Positions 27,201-39,300 of a stretch of 64,000 nucleotides of DNA are shown in pieces (positions within the stretch are counted from its first letter, which is position 1; every line of letters begins with the position of its first letter). Position numbers and translations under genes: made by a program. Location of the stretch: positions 65,162,001 through 65,226,000 of the forward strand of contig OZ038379.1 in NCBI GenBank assembly GCA_964036045.1, written 5' to 3'. Below the pieces are notes generated by a model. The model had not been told where the DNA came from and did no database searches. It saw nothing but the letters and a program-made list of their open reading frames with translations. The DNA is from Eutreptiella sp. 'Long Island Sound 2002'. Its lineage: Eukaryota; Protista; Euglenida.

Positions 27201-30200
27201 CATGCAAGTTGGTGCAATACAACCACAGCATAGAAACACACCTGCAAAATAGGATGTAGGAAAGTGTGCAACATACCAAGAACAGGGACCATCCAAGTAG
27301 GAAGCACTTTGATTTTTTTGCAGCTTTGTGCAAACCTCGCGTGACAAACCATTGAATGCTTTCTAGCTTTTCTACTTTCTGTGCTCTGAGCATGTGACAG
27401 CTGTATCAGCTGTTTTTGTTTTGTCGCTTGCACAATATCTATTTACGTTGCTTGCAGTGTGCATACTATTGACCAGAGGTAGGAGAAAATGCTGCCATGA
27501 GAGTTGTGCGGTGGGGGCTATGCATGGTCTCCTTCTACATAAGAATTACAAGTCCACATCACCTTTCATAGGGGCTGACAAAGGAAACAAGCAGGCAGGG
27601 GAGGGGTTGTGTGGGGGAACTCTGTGTGGGGGAAATGCACACCCCCCACCGTGCAAACCCATGCAAACATGCAACCCCAAGATTTTTTTGGGGGGGAGCT
27701 ATTGCTTACCACATGTAAACCCTTGTTTCATTTACCCCCTCACGTTTTACGGCACTAGCACCGTAAACATTACAGCGGTGGTGCCGTGCATGTTTACCCA
27801 CCACAGATCCCCTCAGTGGGGTCTTCGATGGTGTGTCCAGCTAGAGAAAAAAGAGAGCACCAGAGGCAACTAGACGAAGAGTGAAATTTGCGAAACCAGA
27901 AACGCTGTCGCCAAATGCCCCCCGGCCGTGTATCACTGCCTTTTGTGATGTATCAAGTGTGGTATCTGATTAGATGCATGTGGACAAGCTATCCCAGGCA
28001 GACGGGCACTCATTGTGACGTGTGTTAGGGACACATAAGTGCGAAGGTAGAAACTAGGAGCGCCGTACTGCTGCTGATGCCGGTGATTTGTGCTTCTGTT
28101 TGCAGTAGGTACTACATTCTGGGTACAGGGCCACACGCATGCCACTTTCCATCACCGTGGATTTGGTACACTCGTGGGTAACATCTGAACCGATATTGAG
28201 TGGATTTGGCGGGCGGTTTTCATGGAGGCAAGTCTTTCCTCGAAACAGCAAAGGTGGCTATGCAAACTACCTTCCCTTAACATCGACTTTTGCTGAGGAT
28301 GCGGCTCCAACTGTAAGTCGGTGGCGCTAAACAACTTATGTTCCCATCACAAATCTAAACCAACACGACTCACACTTAGCATACAAATCAGTGTCTGCAT
28401 GGAATGTAGTGGTGTCCTCATTTGTTGGCCCATGTAGCCTCCGTTTCTTGCTTTGTGAGTTTTAAAAGGCGAGGGAAGGATCAGCCTCAGGAGTGCAGCC
28501 TCGGGGCGGTATCTATGGTGGTTTTCTTCGCAGTGAAAGAGGGATCCAAGGGCATTAGTGTGCAAGTTGCGAAAAGTGGCATGGGCATAAATGGGTGGTT
28601 GAGTTCAGTTCCAGACCCCAACCTCCACTGTGTGAGGTGGGAGGTCTGGAGGACGGGCGGGATCCATTTTTTTCGTTCTTTTTTGGGGCGGGGGGAGGGG
28701 CATTTTTGGAGTCCCAATTTCATTCTGGGCACTAGTAATGTACACAAAAGGGGTAAATCCGCATTTACCATTCACGAAGGATGGAACACAAACAGAGCAT
28801 TGCAGCGAACGCACCCATGAATGAGTGAAACATGGGGGGCCTCTGTTCTAATGCCGCACCCCGACAAGGTTGTGGTAGTGGGAGTGGGAGCCCTTGAAGG
28901 GGAGGGGGGGGTTCCAGCTGGGAGCACTAGTGGGGGGGCTGGTTTTGGGAGTTGGCATTTGTGTTTAAGAGCACGTAGCCCCCTGGGCAAGACAATAGCA
29001 CTTGCATGTGCCCCACCCTGGCCTCTTTTTCTGGTAGGCACTCCAAAAAAAACCAGAAACATGAAGGCAAAAGAGCCAAAGATCAGTGTTGAAATCTTAA
29101 GACCACCTGGGCGTTGAGAACAATCTGGTGCAGTAGGTGTCTCCAACTCTACTCATTTGTGTCCCATTGAGGGCTCTCCAGCCTATCAAGATGATGCATG
29201 CACACAGATCACTGTAAGAAAATGTAAAACTACCCGGGGTTAAGGAAAATGTCGTGCGGGAACCATCCCAAGCCCATGTCACATGTGCCACGAAGGACCC
29301 TCAAACGTCACCAAGGGTTTTTGTGTCTCACTCACAGGCCTCAACCCCTCACTACAATGCATGCACTCAGATCGGTGTAGAACATTTAATGCTACGTGGG
29401 AGCTTGACAACAATCTGGTGCGGTCACCATCCTTGTGCATTTTGCACCTCACCACATTCTTATGGCGGGGCCATGTGTGATCAAAGTGGCTACATGACCC
29501 CTGCCGTCTCCGGGACCCCAAAGCGGGGTGGAATCAAAGTGTAACCCTTGCTGTCTGCAAGACCCCAAAGTGGGGTGGAATCAAACTGACGACATACTCT
29601 TGGGGTGCCTTACGCGCACACATACAGCCATAAACCCCCAAACCTAGGGTGCCGTAAAAAATGCACTCTTTTTGAAAACATGTGCATGACAGGGCTCTAA
29701 CCACTTTAAAGGCAAATATATGACCAATGAAAAGTTTACGGCGCCTGTGCCGTAAACAATGACGAATCTTGGTCAAAATTTGCGTTTTCCCTACACCGAG
29801 TCGTATCTGAAAAACACGGTTCTAGCAACAATTTAAAGTAGTAGCGCAGGATCTAGACCTTGTTTAGATGTGCTACGACAGGTCATTGGCAACCCTAGGG
29901 GAATGTGTAAAGCAGATCCACGAAAAGACGCATAGCTACAAGTTGCAAATCCCGGACAATTTAAAAGACATCTCCCTAATTGGACAACTGTAAGGAGGGA
30001 AATATTGATCAAATGAGCCCTGAACACTCTGTCAATGCTCCCGTTTTTTGTAATGTTTGGTGTAAAGATTAACCCTCAATGTCACATCTCCCTGCAAAAA
30101 TGTTTACGGCTCCAGCGCCGTAAACAAAAGTCTTATGCTTGGTGATTGGAAACCAATACTATGACCAAAAAAATTTCTCTGTCTGAAGGAGAAGGGCAAA

Positions 30201-33200
30201 GATGGATAAAGTGGGGAGGGGGGTCTGCATGGTCCATTGTTGCTTCCCATATGTGCTAAGTGTGATCTCCGTCATAACCTAAGTGGCGGTTGGCAGCCAT
30301 TTGACGGTTTGACGGCTTTTGGACACTTTTTTGATCAAACGCACTGTGCGTTCTTCGTGCTTCGCCTCAAAGTTCCTGTCAGTGTGCAGCATAGACTCCA
30401 GCTGTCTTCGTTCCCCGTCCCCTCTTGATGCCATCCGTGCCCTCAGCCCCTTTGCATCCGCAGTCTTGTCCCGTTGAGGCAGACAACAAACCCTTGGCCG
30501 CAAAAGTGGTGGCCCCCAAGGGAGACAGCCCCGAAATATCCGAACCCAAGGACACACCCACACCCTCTGAGCCTCACTCCGAAAGCCCTGTCAGCACGTC
30601 TACACCCAAATGCCTGCTCCCTGGCAGCGCTGAGACCGCCACCCGGCCTGAGAACGCAACCCGGTCCCCTGGCAACCAGACGCCCCCTCCGGCGTCCCCT
30701 GATGGCTCCCTCCAGGACCCTTCACCGTTGAGCATGCCCACGGCAAGCTCTGCTGCAATCGTTGCCGCAGCGGCGGGGGTCATGGAGCCAGATGTTGAGG
30801 CCGGAGGTGTGCTCCCCCATTTGTGTTCACCTGTCGCCTTTGGGCCTGCTTCCGAAGCTATCGTTTATTGGGGCGGTACATTGCCAGTCATCCCTTCTGC
30901 TGCGGCGTTCAGTGTGGGTGTCCCCACCACAATATGAAATGCGGGTGCTCGCAGTCCATCCTGGAACCACCTTGTGCTCGTACGCCCTCCCTCCGCAAGT
31001 GCCCTCTTTGAAAGCTGCAAAATGGTGGCCATTGCAGACCACTTCCCCCGTGCAACACCCCCTTACGCATGTATGTCTTAAGTCCAAAGAGGAGCCTAAG
31101 GGTAAGGCTCCTCCTCCTCATGTGAACAGTCGTGCCAAGACCTCCCTGGCTTTCATCTCTGACACTGCATCAGGATGTGGTCGTGCTCAACGGAACGTTT
31201 TTGCAGCCCCAGGTTCATGTTAAATACGACACCACGTGGACAGTATTGGACGAGATGCATGATGTGAGAATCGGCTGACACACGGCTTTTGTACCCTACT
31301 CGGAGGAGGTGTTGCAGCGCGATTTTTTTCTTTGGTTTTGAAATCAAATGTTGGACATGTGGGGGTTCAGTGGCAGGCTGTGGTGCATGTAGCGGCCATT
31401 CAGTCTTAATCCGCCACAACCAGGGAGGAGGGTTCGCACAATGTGTGCACAGTGCAGACATGCGTTCATGTGGAGGGACTTTCGGCGCAACGGATCACAT
31501 CTTCTGCTGTCCAATTTTATCGTATATACCTACATTCTGCTGTCCATTGGTCTGAAACACAAAGTCCTGTCTGGGGTCACCCCTGGTATTGCTGTGTTCT
31601 ATTCACTTCTATTCACAGACCGTGCTTGCTGTGGTGTGCTTGCGGTGTGCATATGGTGCGAAGCTGTTGTCCCACATCCCTATAGCACATGCCAAGTTTT
31701 CAGTTTCAGTACCCAACTTGTGTAAATACGGCATGCTAGGAATTGATGCAGAATTCAACGATGATTACAAACCTTGTCTGAACCATATGTCACATTTCAA
31801 ACCTCAGTCCTACCAAGTAAAGGCAAGTGAGCTGGTCTGCATGCATTGGCTCCCATCTTACCGAGAAAAGTTTTTGACGCGTGTCATTAGCAGGACTGGC
31901 AATTCTCTTTGTGTTTTGCCTTTGCTTCTCCGACAAACTTGCCGTTGACCCCTGACCCTGGGGTTGGTGTTTCAGCATTTGGGTCACCGAGCTGGTGGAA
32001 CCAGCAAAGTTTAGGCCCCTTTTTAGGGTGTAGGGTGGTGCTCCCCTGCTTTCATTAAGCAAGCAAGCAACAAGCAAGCAACAGGCAGCAAGCATGTTCG
32101 GCCAGTTTCATACGTCAACCATACTGGTTTGACCCAAATGTTGGTAGATGATGCCATCAGAAAAAACAAGTACAATCCCACAAGGTTTGAGCAGAACCCT
32201 AAAATAATGGCACCTAGCAATGGACACCACCGAGTTCCAAATGGTTCCAAAAATTATCGAAAATGGGCTGAGAATTTCAATTGCTTTGGGTGCATGAGAG
32301 GGTTGTAGTGTGTACAATGTGCATTCAAACCACTTGTAAGGATGGAAAAACAGTTTTACTCCCTCTTCATCACCCCACTGGCACCTTTGGTGGCCATGTT
32401 CTGGCCCTAAAGTGGCCCAAAACGATCCAACAATGACAAAAGAATGAATAATTTTTCAGGATTTGACTGCTTTTGATTGCTTGGAAGGCCTCGTATTGCC
32501 TCCAGGGGCCTCATGGTGATGAATGAGGAGTCATGATTTTGTGACCCTCTTCCACACCAGAAACACACTTCGATAGGCCAGTGACACTGGAGCATGGCAC
32601 ACTGTATGCGTGCTTGGGTAGGGCCACTGGAGGTCACCCAGGGGTCAAAAAACGGGATGAAATGATTGTTTCCAAACATCATTGGGAACCACCTCGGATG
32701 GTACAACACTTGTGGTCTGTTTCTGTCCTTGTGAAATACCCTCATGCCTTGACAAAGGCTCATTTTGGCATTGAAAATGGGTCATAATTGCGTGAAAATT
32801 GATTTTTCCCAAAAGGGCTCAAGAACCTTCCAAAACACCAACAACAGTGTTTTTGGGGCATGAGATCCCAGGTTGTCACCTTCTTGACCTATTTGTCCCT
32901 ACAAAGCCCCCAAAATATGCTTCATGGGGCCATTGGTGGTATGGAATAGCATAGTGTGTGAGTTCTGTCATAAGGTTCCTCAGGGTCAGAGAGGGTTCAA
33001 CAATTGGCCAAGATTGATTTTTTTGGGTCACCTAGGATGAGAGTAATCATGTTCTTGTACCCATTTTGGCCTAAAACCATGGGCAAATTTCCGAAACACC
33101 TTGAAAACCGTGCATTTGGGGACTGAAGAAATGGGTCAACAACAAGTGAGAAATGGCTCTTTCCAACCTGCTCAAAGACCATCAACAACACCAAAAAAGG

Positions 33201-33305
33201 TATTATTTGGCCATGACGGCCTGCTTTTGATCACCGCACTCTGGTCATGCCTGAAATGTGAAGCATGCACAGAGTGCAGAATGTGTGCTAAGCATTGCAC
33301 AACAG

Positions 33306-33344
<39 letters not shown>

Positions 33345-36300
33345 AATGTGTGTGTAGCAGTGCAATTTGCAGTGTGCAAAGTGTATGATGCAGAGTGCAC
33401 AGTGTGCATTGTGGAGGATCTTTCCCACATTGCTTTGGTCCCAATACTGAGTCCTGGTTCAGGCTAGGGTTGTTAGGGCCCTAGGTTGGAGGGTGGGTTG
33501 CATGGGGAGCTGGTCCAGTCCCCCCTCCCCTGGTGCATGGTACTGGTTCGATGCTTGTGGTTTTATGGTGTTTCTGGTGTTTTTATGGTGTTTTAAGGTG
33601 AGCATGGTGTCGCACAGTGCACATATAGTGAAACAAACAAGTTTTGGTGCAAGGAGCGTTGGGGGATTTTGCAGATTTGAAAGTTTGGTGGGCGACTCCA
33701 CTGCTCCAATTGGAGGCTGCGTTCAGGGAAGCGGACTGATATTTTAGCTCTTGCCTGTGCTCATTTGCAGTGGGCCCGGTCCCAAAGAAGCCTAGCAAGC
33801 TCAATTTCTCCAACCTCTACGCCCACAATAACCCCCTGATAAGAACCAACAAAAACAAGCATCTCGAATCTAGTGCTCGGCTCAACTCTGAGGTGTCTTA
33901 TGACATCGCTCAAGAGAACTTCTTGTTGGTGACCCGTTCGCTTTCCAGGTCTCTCTCCTTGTCCCCTCTGCACGGTGCAGTGCCTTGCAGCTCAGCACAC
34001 ACACAGTCCCTTGAAGGAAGGCTCAGGGTACCGTGTGTGTCCCGGCTTGGCAACACACAGTGTAAGGTTTGGAAGTGTGGTTGCAGTCAAGGATGAGCTA
34101 AGTGGGTACAGTGCCGGGTGTTTTGAGAAAAAAATGCGATTTTCGTTTTTTTATTTTTTCGTTTTTTGACGTTTTTTTGCCCGTGGAGCGGTTTCTTTTC
34201 ATGTTTTTTGGTGTTTTTTGGTTTTCTCATGGTGGAATCTGGTAGAAATACCATTTTTGGCACCAAGGAAGCACTGTTTTTGTTTTTTTTCAATTTTTTT
34301 TGGCATCACTTGTCTCTCCAACATCTTTGGGCGGAGGGTTTTTTTTAGTTTTTCCCCATTCTTGCCCCTTTTGTCCGCGTGGTTTAGTGATTTTTCATGT
34401 CTTTTAATGTTTTTTTGTTGTTTGTGTAGACATGGGATGTGGGCTGTGCGATGTGGGATGTGGAATAAAGATTTCATGGTATGTAGATGTGCAAGGGGGG
34501 GGTGCAACTATATAGAACATGTGGGACGTGGGATGTGGGTCGCCAATGTATTGGAGATGTGGGATGTGGGATGTGGGATATGCAATTTGCGTATCATGGC
34601 ATGTAGATGTGCAACGTGGGATGTGGGATACGTGTTGCAAATATATAGGAGATGGGGTTTGGGAGGTAGACAGTTTGCGTTCAATGGTATTCCCTGTCTT
34701 GCTAGTTGCCATAATGTTTTATTGATGCCTTGGATTTGGTTGAAGAAAGACGTCGAGGGCGCCGAGTGGTCATCCCATGTCTCCATTTTGGCCGCCACAC
34801 GTTACCCGGAAGCAGACTATAATTACCTGCTATTCTAGTCGCTAGTCAAATTCAAAATAAACGCGTTTATGCGTTTATTTTTCCAAAAACGCCCGTTTTT
34901 GGGCAAGAATCGCTGTTTATCGATGTTTATTGATGTTTATTGGTGTTTTCACATATTGTTGCATGCATTGGGGAAGGTTTTGGGTTGCCTTGTTGTGCCA
35001 TTCGCTTGCAAGTTGTCATTTCCGGTAGGTGTCATTTAAATTTAAACAATCATAAACGCCATCTCGTTCGCTTACAACAAAGAGGTCAGGGAAATGTGCC
35101 TCTTGACACTTCGTGACGGATTCCATTTGTACGTCCACATTAGGACAAGAAGCTTCAACGCAAAATAAACAAAGTTCTCGCTTCTAATTCACTGCATGTC
35201 CGTGCGCATTACCATAAATAGATAGACAAAGCCTGAACTTCGGTGTTTCCTATGTTTGTCCATTCTGCCAGAAGAATTATCATCTCTCGTCTTCTTGTTT
35301 GTTCACCCTTCAAACCCTCTTTTCCTATCTCGCATCTCGGGATGGGTGGTGATGTATGGATGCGCCGCCTCGGTCCGGTCGCTCCCGAGGGTGCCAATTG
35401 GATGCATTTCAGCAATGCCACGGCTGCCCTCTGGTACCTGCACTCCCCTGACGGTGGGTCATTGACGAAGTTGGCCCACACCCAAGTCACGCGCGCCGCC
35501 AAGTCGGATGGCACGCGTGATGGCTGGGCCTTCACCCTGAAGAAGCCGGCGTCTAGTTCAGGCGCATCGGCTGCCCCACCTCCGTCGTGCTCACGTGCCA
35601 CCCCCTCCCTAAGTCCTTTTCTTCTTGTTCCGGTAAGGTGTGCATGTTGTGGTGCAAACATTTGTGGCACCAAGTATTCTTGTCAGAGGTGCCACAAGGT
35701 GGTTGATGAGGCGTGCATGACCATGGTTGGACCAACCGTGCATTGCTTCTCGTGCACCTGCCGTGCCTGTGAACAGGAAGTGTCCACGCCCGATGTGGAA
35801 TGCCACACGTGTCATTTCCGCGTGTGTCTAGGGTGCACCACAGATGGTATTTGCACCTCCTGTGTTGAGAGGTGCTGGCCGTCTGACCTCCCCTCCCCCA
35901 AGAAACGGCAGTTCAAAAGGGAGTGGCTTCTTGTATGTCAACAGTACCCTCAACTTGGCCACTCTGTTCCCTTCGTGCAAGGTACTTCAAACTTCATGTT
36001 GTACTCCCTTAAGTATCACCAACGGTCGGGCTCACACGCTGTGACCTTGGCCTTGTGGCAATCAGGTGGTCGGGTGACGTCGGTCATTCAAACCTTGCCC
36101 TCTCATGTGCTACAGGGCATCCTGGCCCTATTCAGGACCGTGTACAGGATTGCGCACCGCTCTGGTCCCCTAAGTCATCTGGAAGGGGATGCCAAGCTCG
36201 TGTCACTCAATGGAGGCACAATTATCCCAAGTTATCATTCACCCCCCTCGGGTAGGGAGGTGCTTCGCTTCATTTCCCAACCATTTCGCATTTCCCAGGG

Positions 36301-39300
36301 TCTAGTAATCAAGGGGTCTTCTTTTTTCTCCATCGCATCTGACTCGTGCACAGACCGCGCAGCAAAGAAAGAAGAGCTTTTTTATGTTCGTGCCGTTGTT
36401 GATGGAGTGATGGCTACCACTTATTTCTCTTGCCAACCCCTCCCCTCCGGCACCGCTCCAGGAATAGTCACTGCATTGAAACGGGCCATGGCCCATGCAG
36501 ACGTGGATCTTGATGTTTGGATCCGTAAGCTCTTTTTCTACTGTGGGGATGGGGCCAGTGTGGTTCAAGGCGAATGTGGTGGGATTATCAGCATCGTCGG
36601 CGACTTACAGAAGGAGATCGCAGGGTATGATGTGGTGGTGCTTCTCAGGCCCCCCGGCGAGGCAATGCGTGGCACCAGAGGATACTGACACCTTGGACCA
36701 AAGACCAGCAGTAGCCCCTCGGAACGTTATCGATGTGGACGATGACGAACACGAAGAAGGGGAGGAGGAGCAGGAGGAAGAGGAGGGTGAGGGGGAGGGG
36801 CGATTCTGCCTCGGGCAGGAGCACGACAGCAGGGCTGTCAGGGAGCGGGAGGGGAGTGAGTGGCCACCAGACTTCTAAAGCAACCGCAGTGGGGCAGTGG
36901 AGCCCGCGCACATAAACAAATACAAAGATGTTCCGCATGTTTATGTTGTGCTCTTGTTTCATGTGCAGGGTATGGATTACAGGAAGGGATGAGCCAAGAT
37001 TATTATTCACATGCAAACGCAAACAGCGGGAAAAAAAAACAAGGCACAGCGGAAAAATCATTTCAGCTGACTGAAGGTCCCAAAAATAAACATTTGAATG
37101 AAGGTCCCAAAAGTAAACATTTGAATGCAGGTCCCAAAAATAAACAAGGATTGGGAACATCCAAAAATAAACAGCATGGGATTTGTTTTGTACCAAAATT
37201 GAAGACATACAGACATATCTAAACATGTAGTAGAGAATTATACAGACCTCAATGGTACCAGCCACATAGAACAAAGTTGTGTCCTATGAACCTGCAATGG
37301 AAGGAATAGGTATAAGGAGGCAAGCAGCTGCAGAATGACCATTTTTGCAAACAATTTGTTTAAAAAATGGTAAAAAACAACAACAAATTTTCACCAAAAT
37401 AAACAAGTTACTAGTCACTAGTCAAATGGCCTTTGGATAGTGTTTATTTAGAGCTTGCCCGGAAGAGCAAGGCGTCAAATTGTATGACACCCAAGTGGAC
37501 CCATGAACTATGTGTTGCCGATGTGCAACATAAGTTCCACTGTTACGTGTGCGTGGCATGTCAATGTTTTTTGACAGGCTCGGTGCCACAAGGGGCCCAA
37601 TGTATGCATACTGTTCATGCACACTGCACAACCACGGTTGGTGTCATGGTTCATTGCAAGGCTTGTGCCTCTCCACCACCACCACCACCAAACCCGGCCC
37701 ATAGGCGTCTACTTTGCAAGCAGTGGCAAAAGGGTAGGTTGTGGTTGAAATACATCACCGACCTCATACGATGTGCTGCTTGTTGGATGTACCCGTAATT
37801 TGGGGGTTCCGCTTAATGGACCCAAGGCACCGCCAATTTCCTTCGGCGGTGAAGAACCGTGAGCGCTCGGGTCCGCACCATATTGCACTAGCAATGTGGG
37901 TTTCCGGCGGTGAAATGACATTGGCATTAGGGACCTTGCCGCCGCATATACGCACCGGGGTGCTGACAGCCTTCCGGGCGGTGTACCAAAGCGAGAAGTG
38001 TGGAGGTTCATTGTACTATTTCCCTCGGGATGTGTCTACGATTGAGCTCTCTGGTGATGATGCCCTTCCCGGCTACCGCCCACGGTTCTCTACCCGTGTC
38101 ATTCTTCGGGCCACAGTGGTGCTTTTCCGCAAGGCCAAGGGCACCATCATCCATAGCTCCGAGTACGTGGATTTCCGATTCCGCCACGGATAGGGCCGCC
38201 CACAAGGCAGAGCTAGTGTACTACCGAACCATGTTTGAAGGCAAGCTGTGGACTGTGTTTCTGTCATGTCAGGCTTTGCCCAATGGTACGGTATCCAGAA
38301 TCAGACTAAAAATTTAAAAGTTCTTGATGCACCAGTAGAGGCTAGTAGGGGCAGAAATTGGGACCCTGGGACCCAGGGCAAGCATAAGACAAAAAAATTT
38401 AATTCACGGTACACCAACTGAGGCCAGCAAGGGTAGAAATTGGGACACTGGGACGTATGGCAAGCATCGGACTAAAAATTTAAAATTCTTGGTACACTAG
38501 TAGAGGCCAGCAGCGGCAGAATTTGGGGCACTGAAGTCACAAAGTTGGAAGAACAAGAAAATATGATCTTCAGACCACAAGCAGGAATCAACGGCAATGC
38601 ATCTAGAGTTGTAAAAAAAACCAGTGATGTCCGGACCACAACTAGGACAAAACAGCATTCATCTGCTGCATTTAGAGTTGTAAAAATCCATGAATAGTGG
38701 TGGCTGGGTCACATGCATGTCCAAAAAGCCCTAACACACCTGTAAAAATGCATCGGAGGTCATAGTGTTGTGAAAAAACATCATTTGTGGTGAAAAACAC
38801 AAAAACACAAAAAAAAAGGCATTTTTCATGGGGGAAAAACACCCGTTTGAGTGTTTAGGTGTCGCGGAGGTCCGGGACACCCATTTATCTCATCGTTGTA
38901 GTGTTTTGGGGTGTGTTGCTTAGGAGTGGTGTGCAAGATGTGTTGTGCTAGGTGTGTGGCAAGGTTTGGGGATACGGCTTCAGTGTGGCATATTGCGCGT
39001 TGTGCCCTTAAATGGGCGATTCGCGTTGACATGGATTTGGTCCAATTTTGATGTTTTCTGACAAAAACCCCTGTTTTGGTCCACATAGGTAGCATATTCA
39101 AGTCTCAAACTCTTGCCCCACTTTCGTTGTGCATCATCCAATGAAATTCTCGCCTCCAACAGAACCAAGGGAGACTAGCCAGGTTGGATATTCTTGAGCA
39201 GCACACATGGCTTGGTTGGCCGCAATCATGCCTTCCCAAGTCACATGCAGGAGCGGCAAGAGAGGCATATTGCATAGGGCAGTGTGAGGGGTGGTCACCC

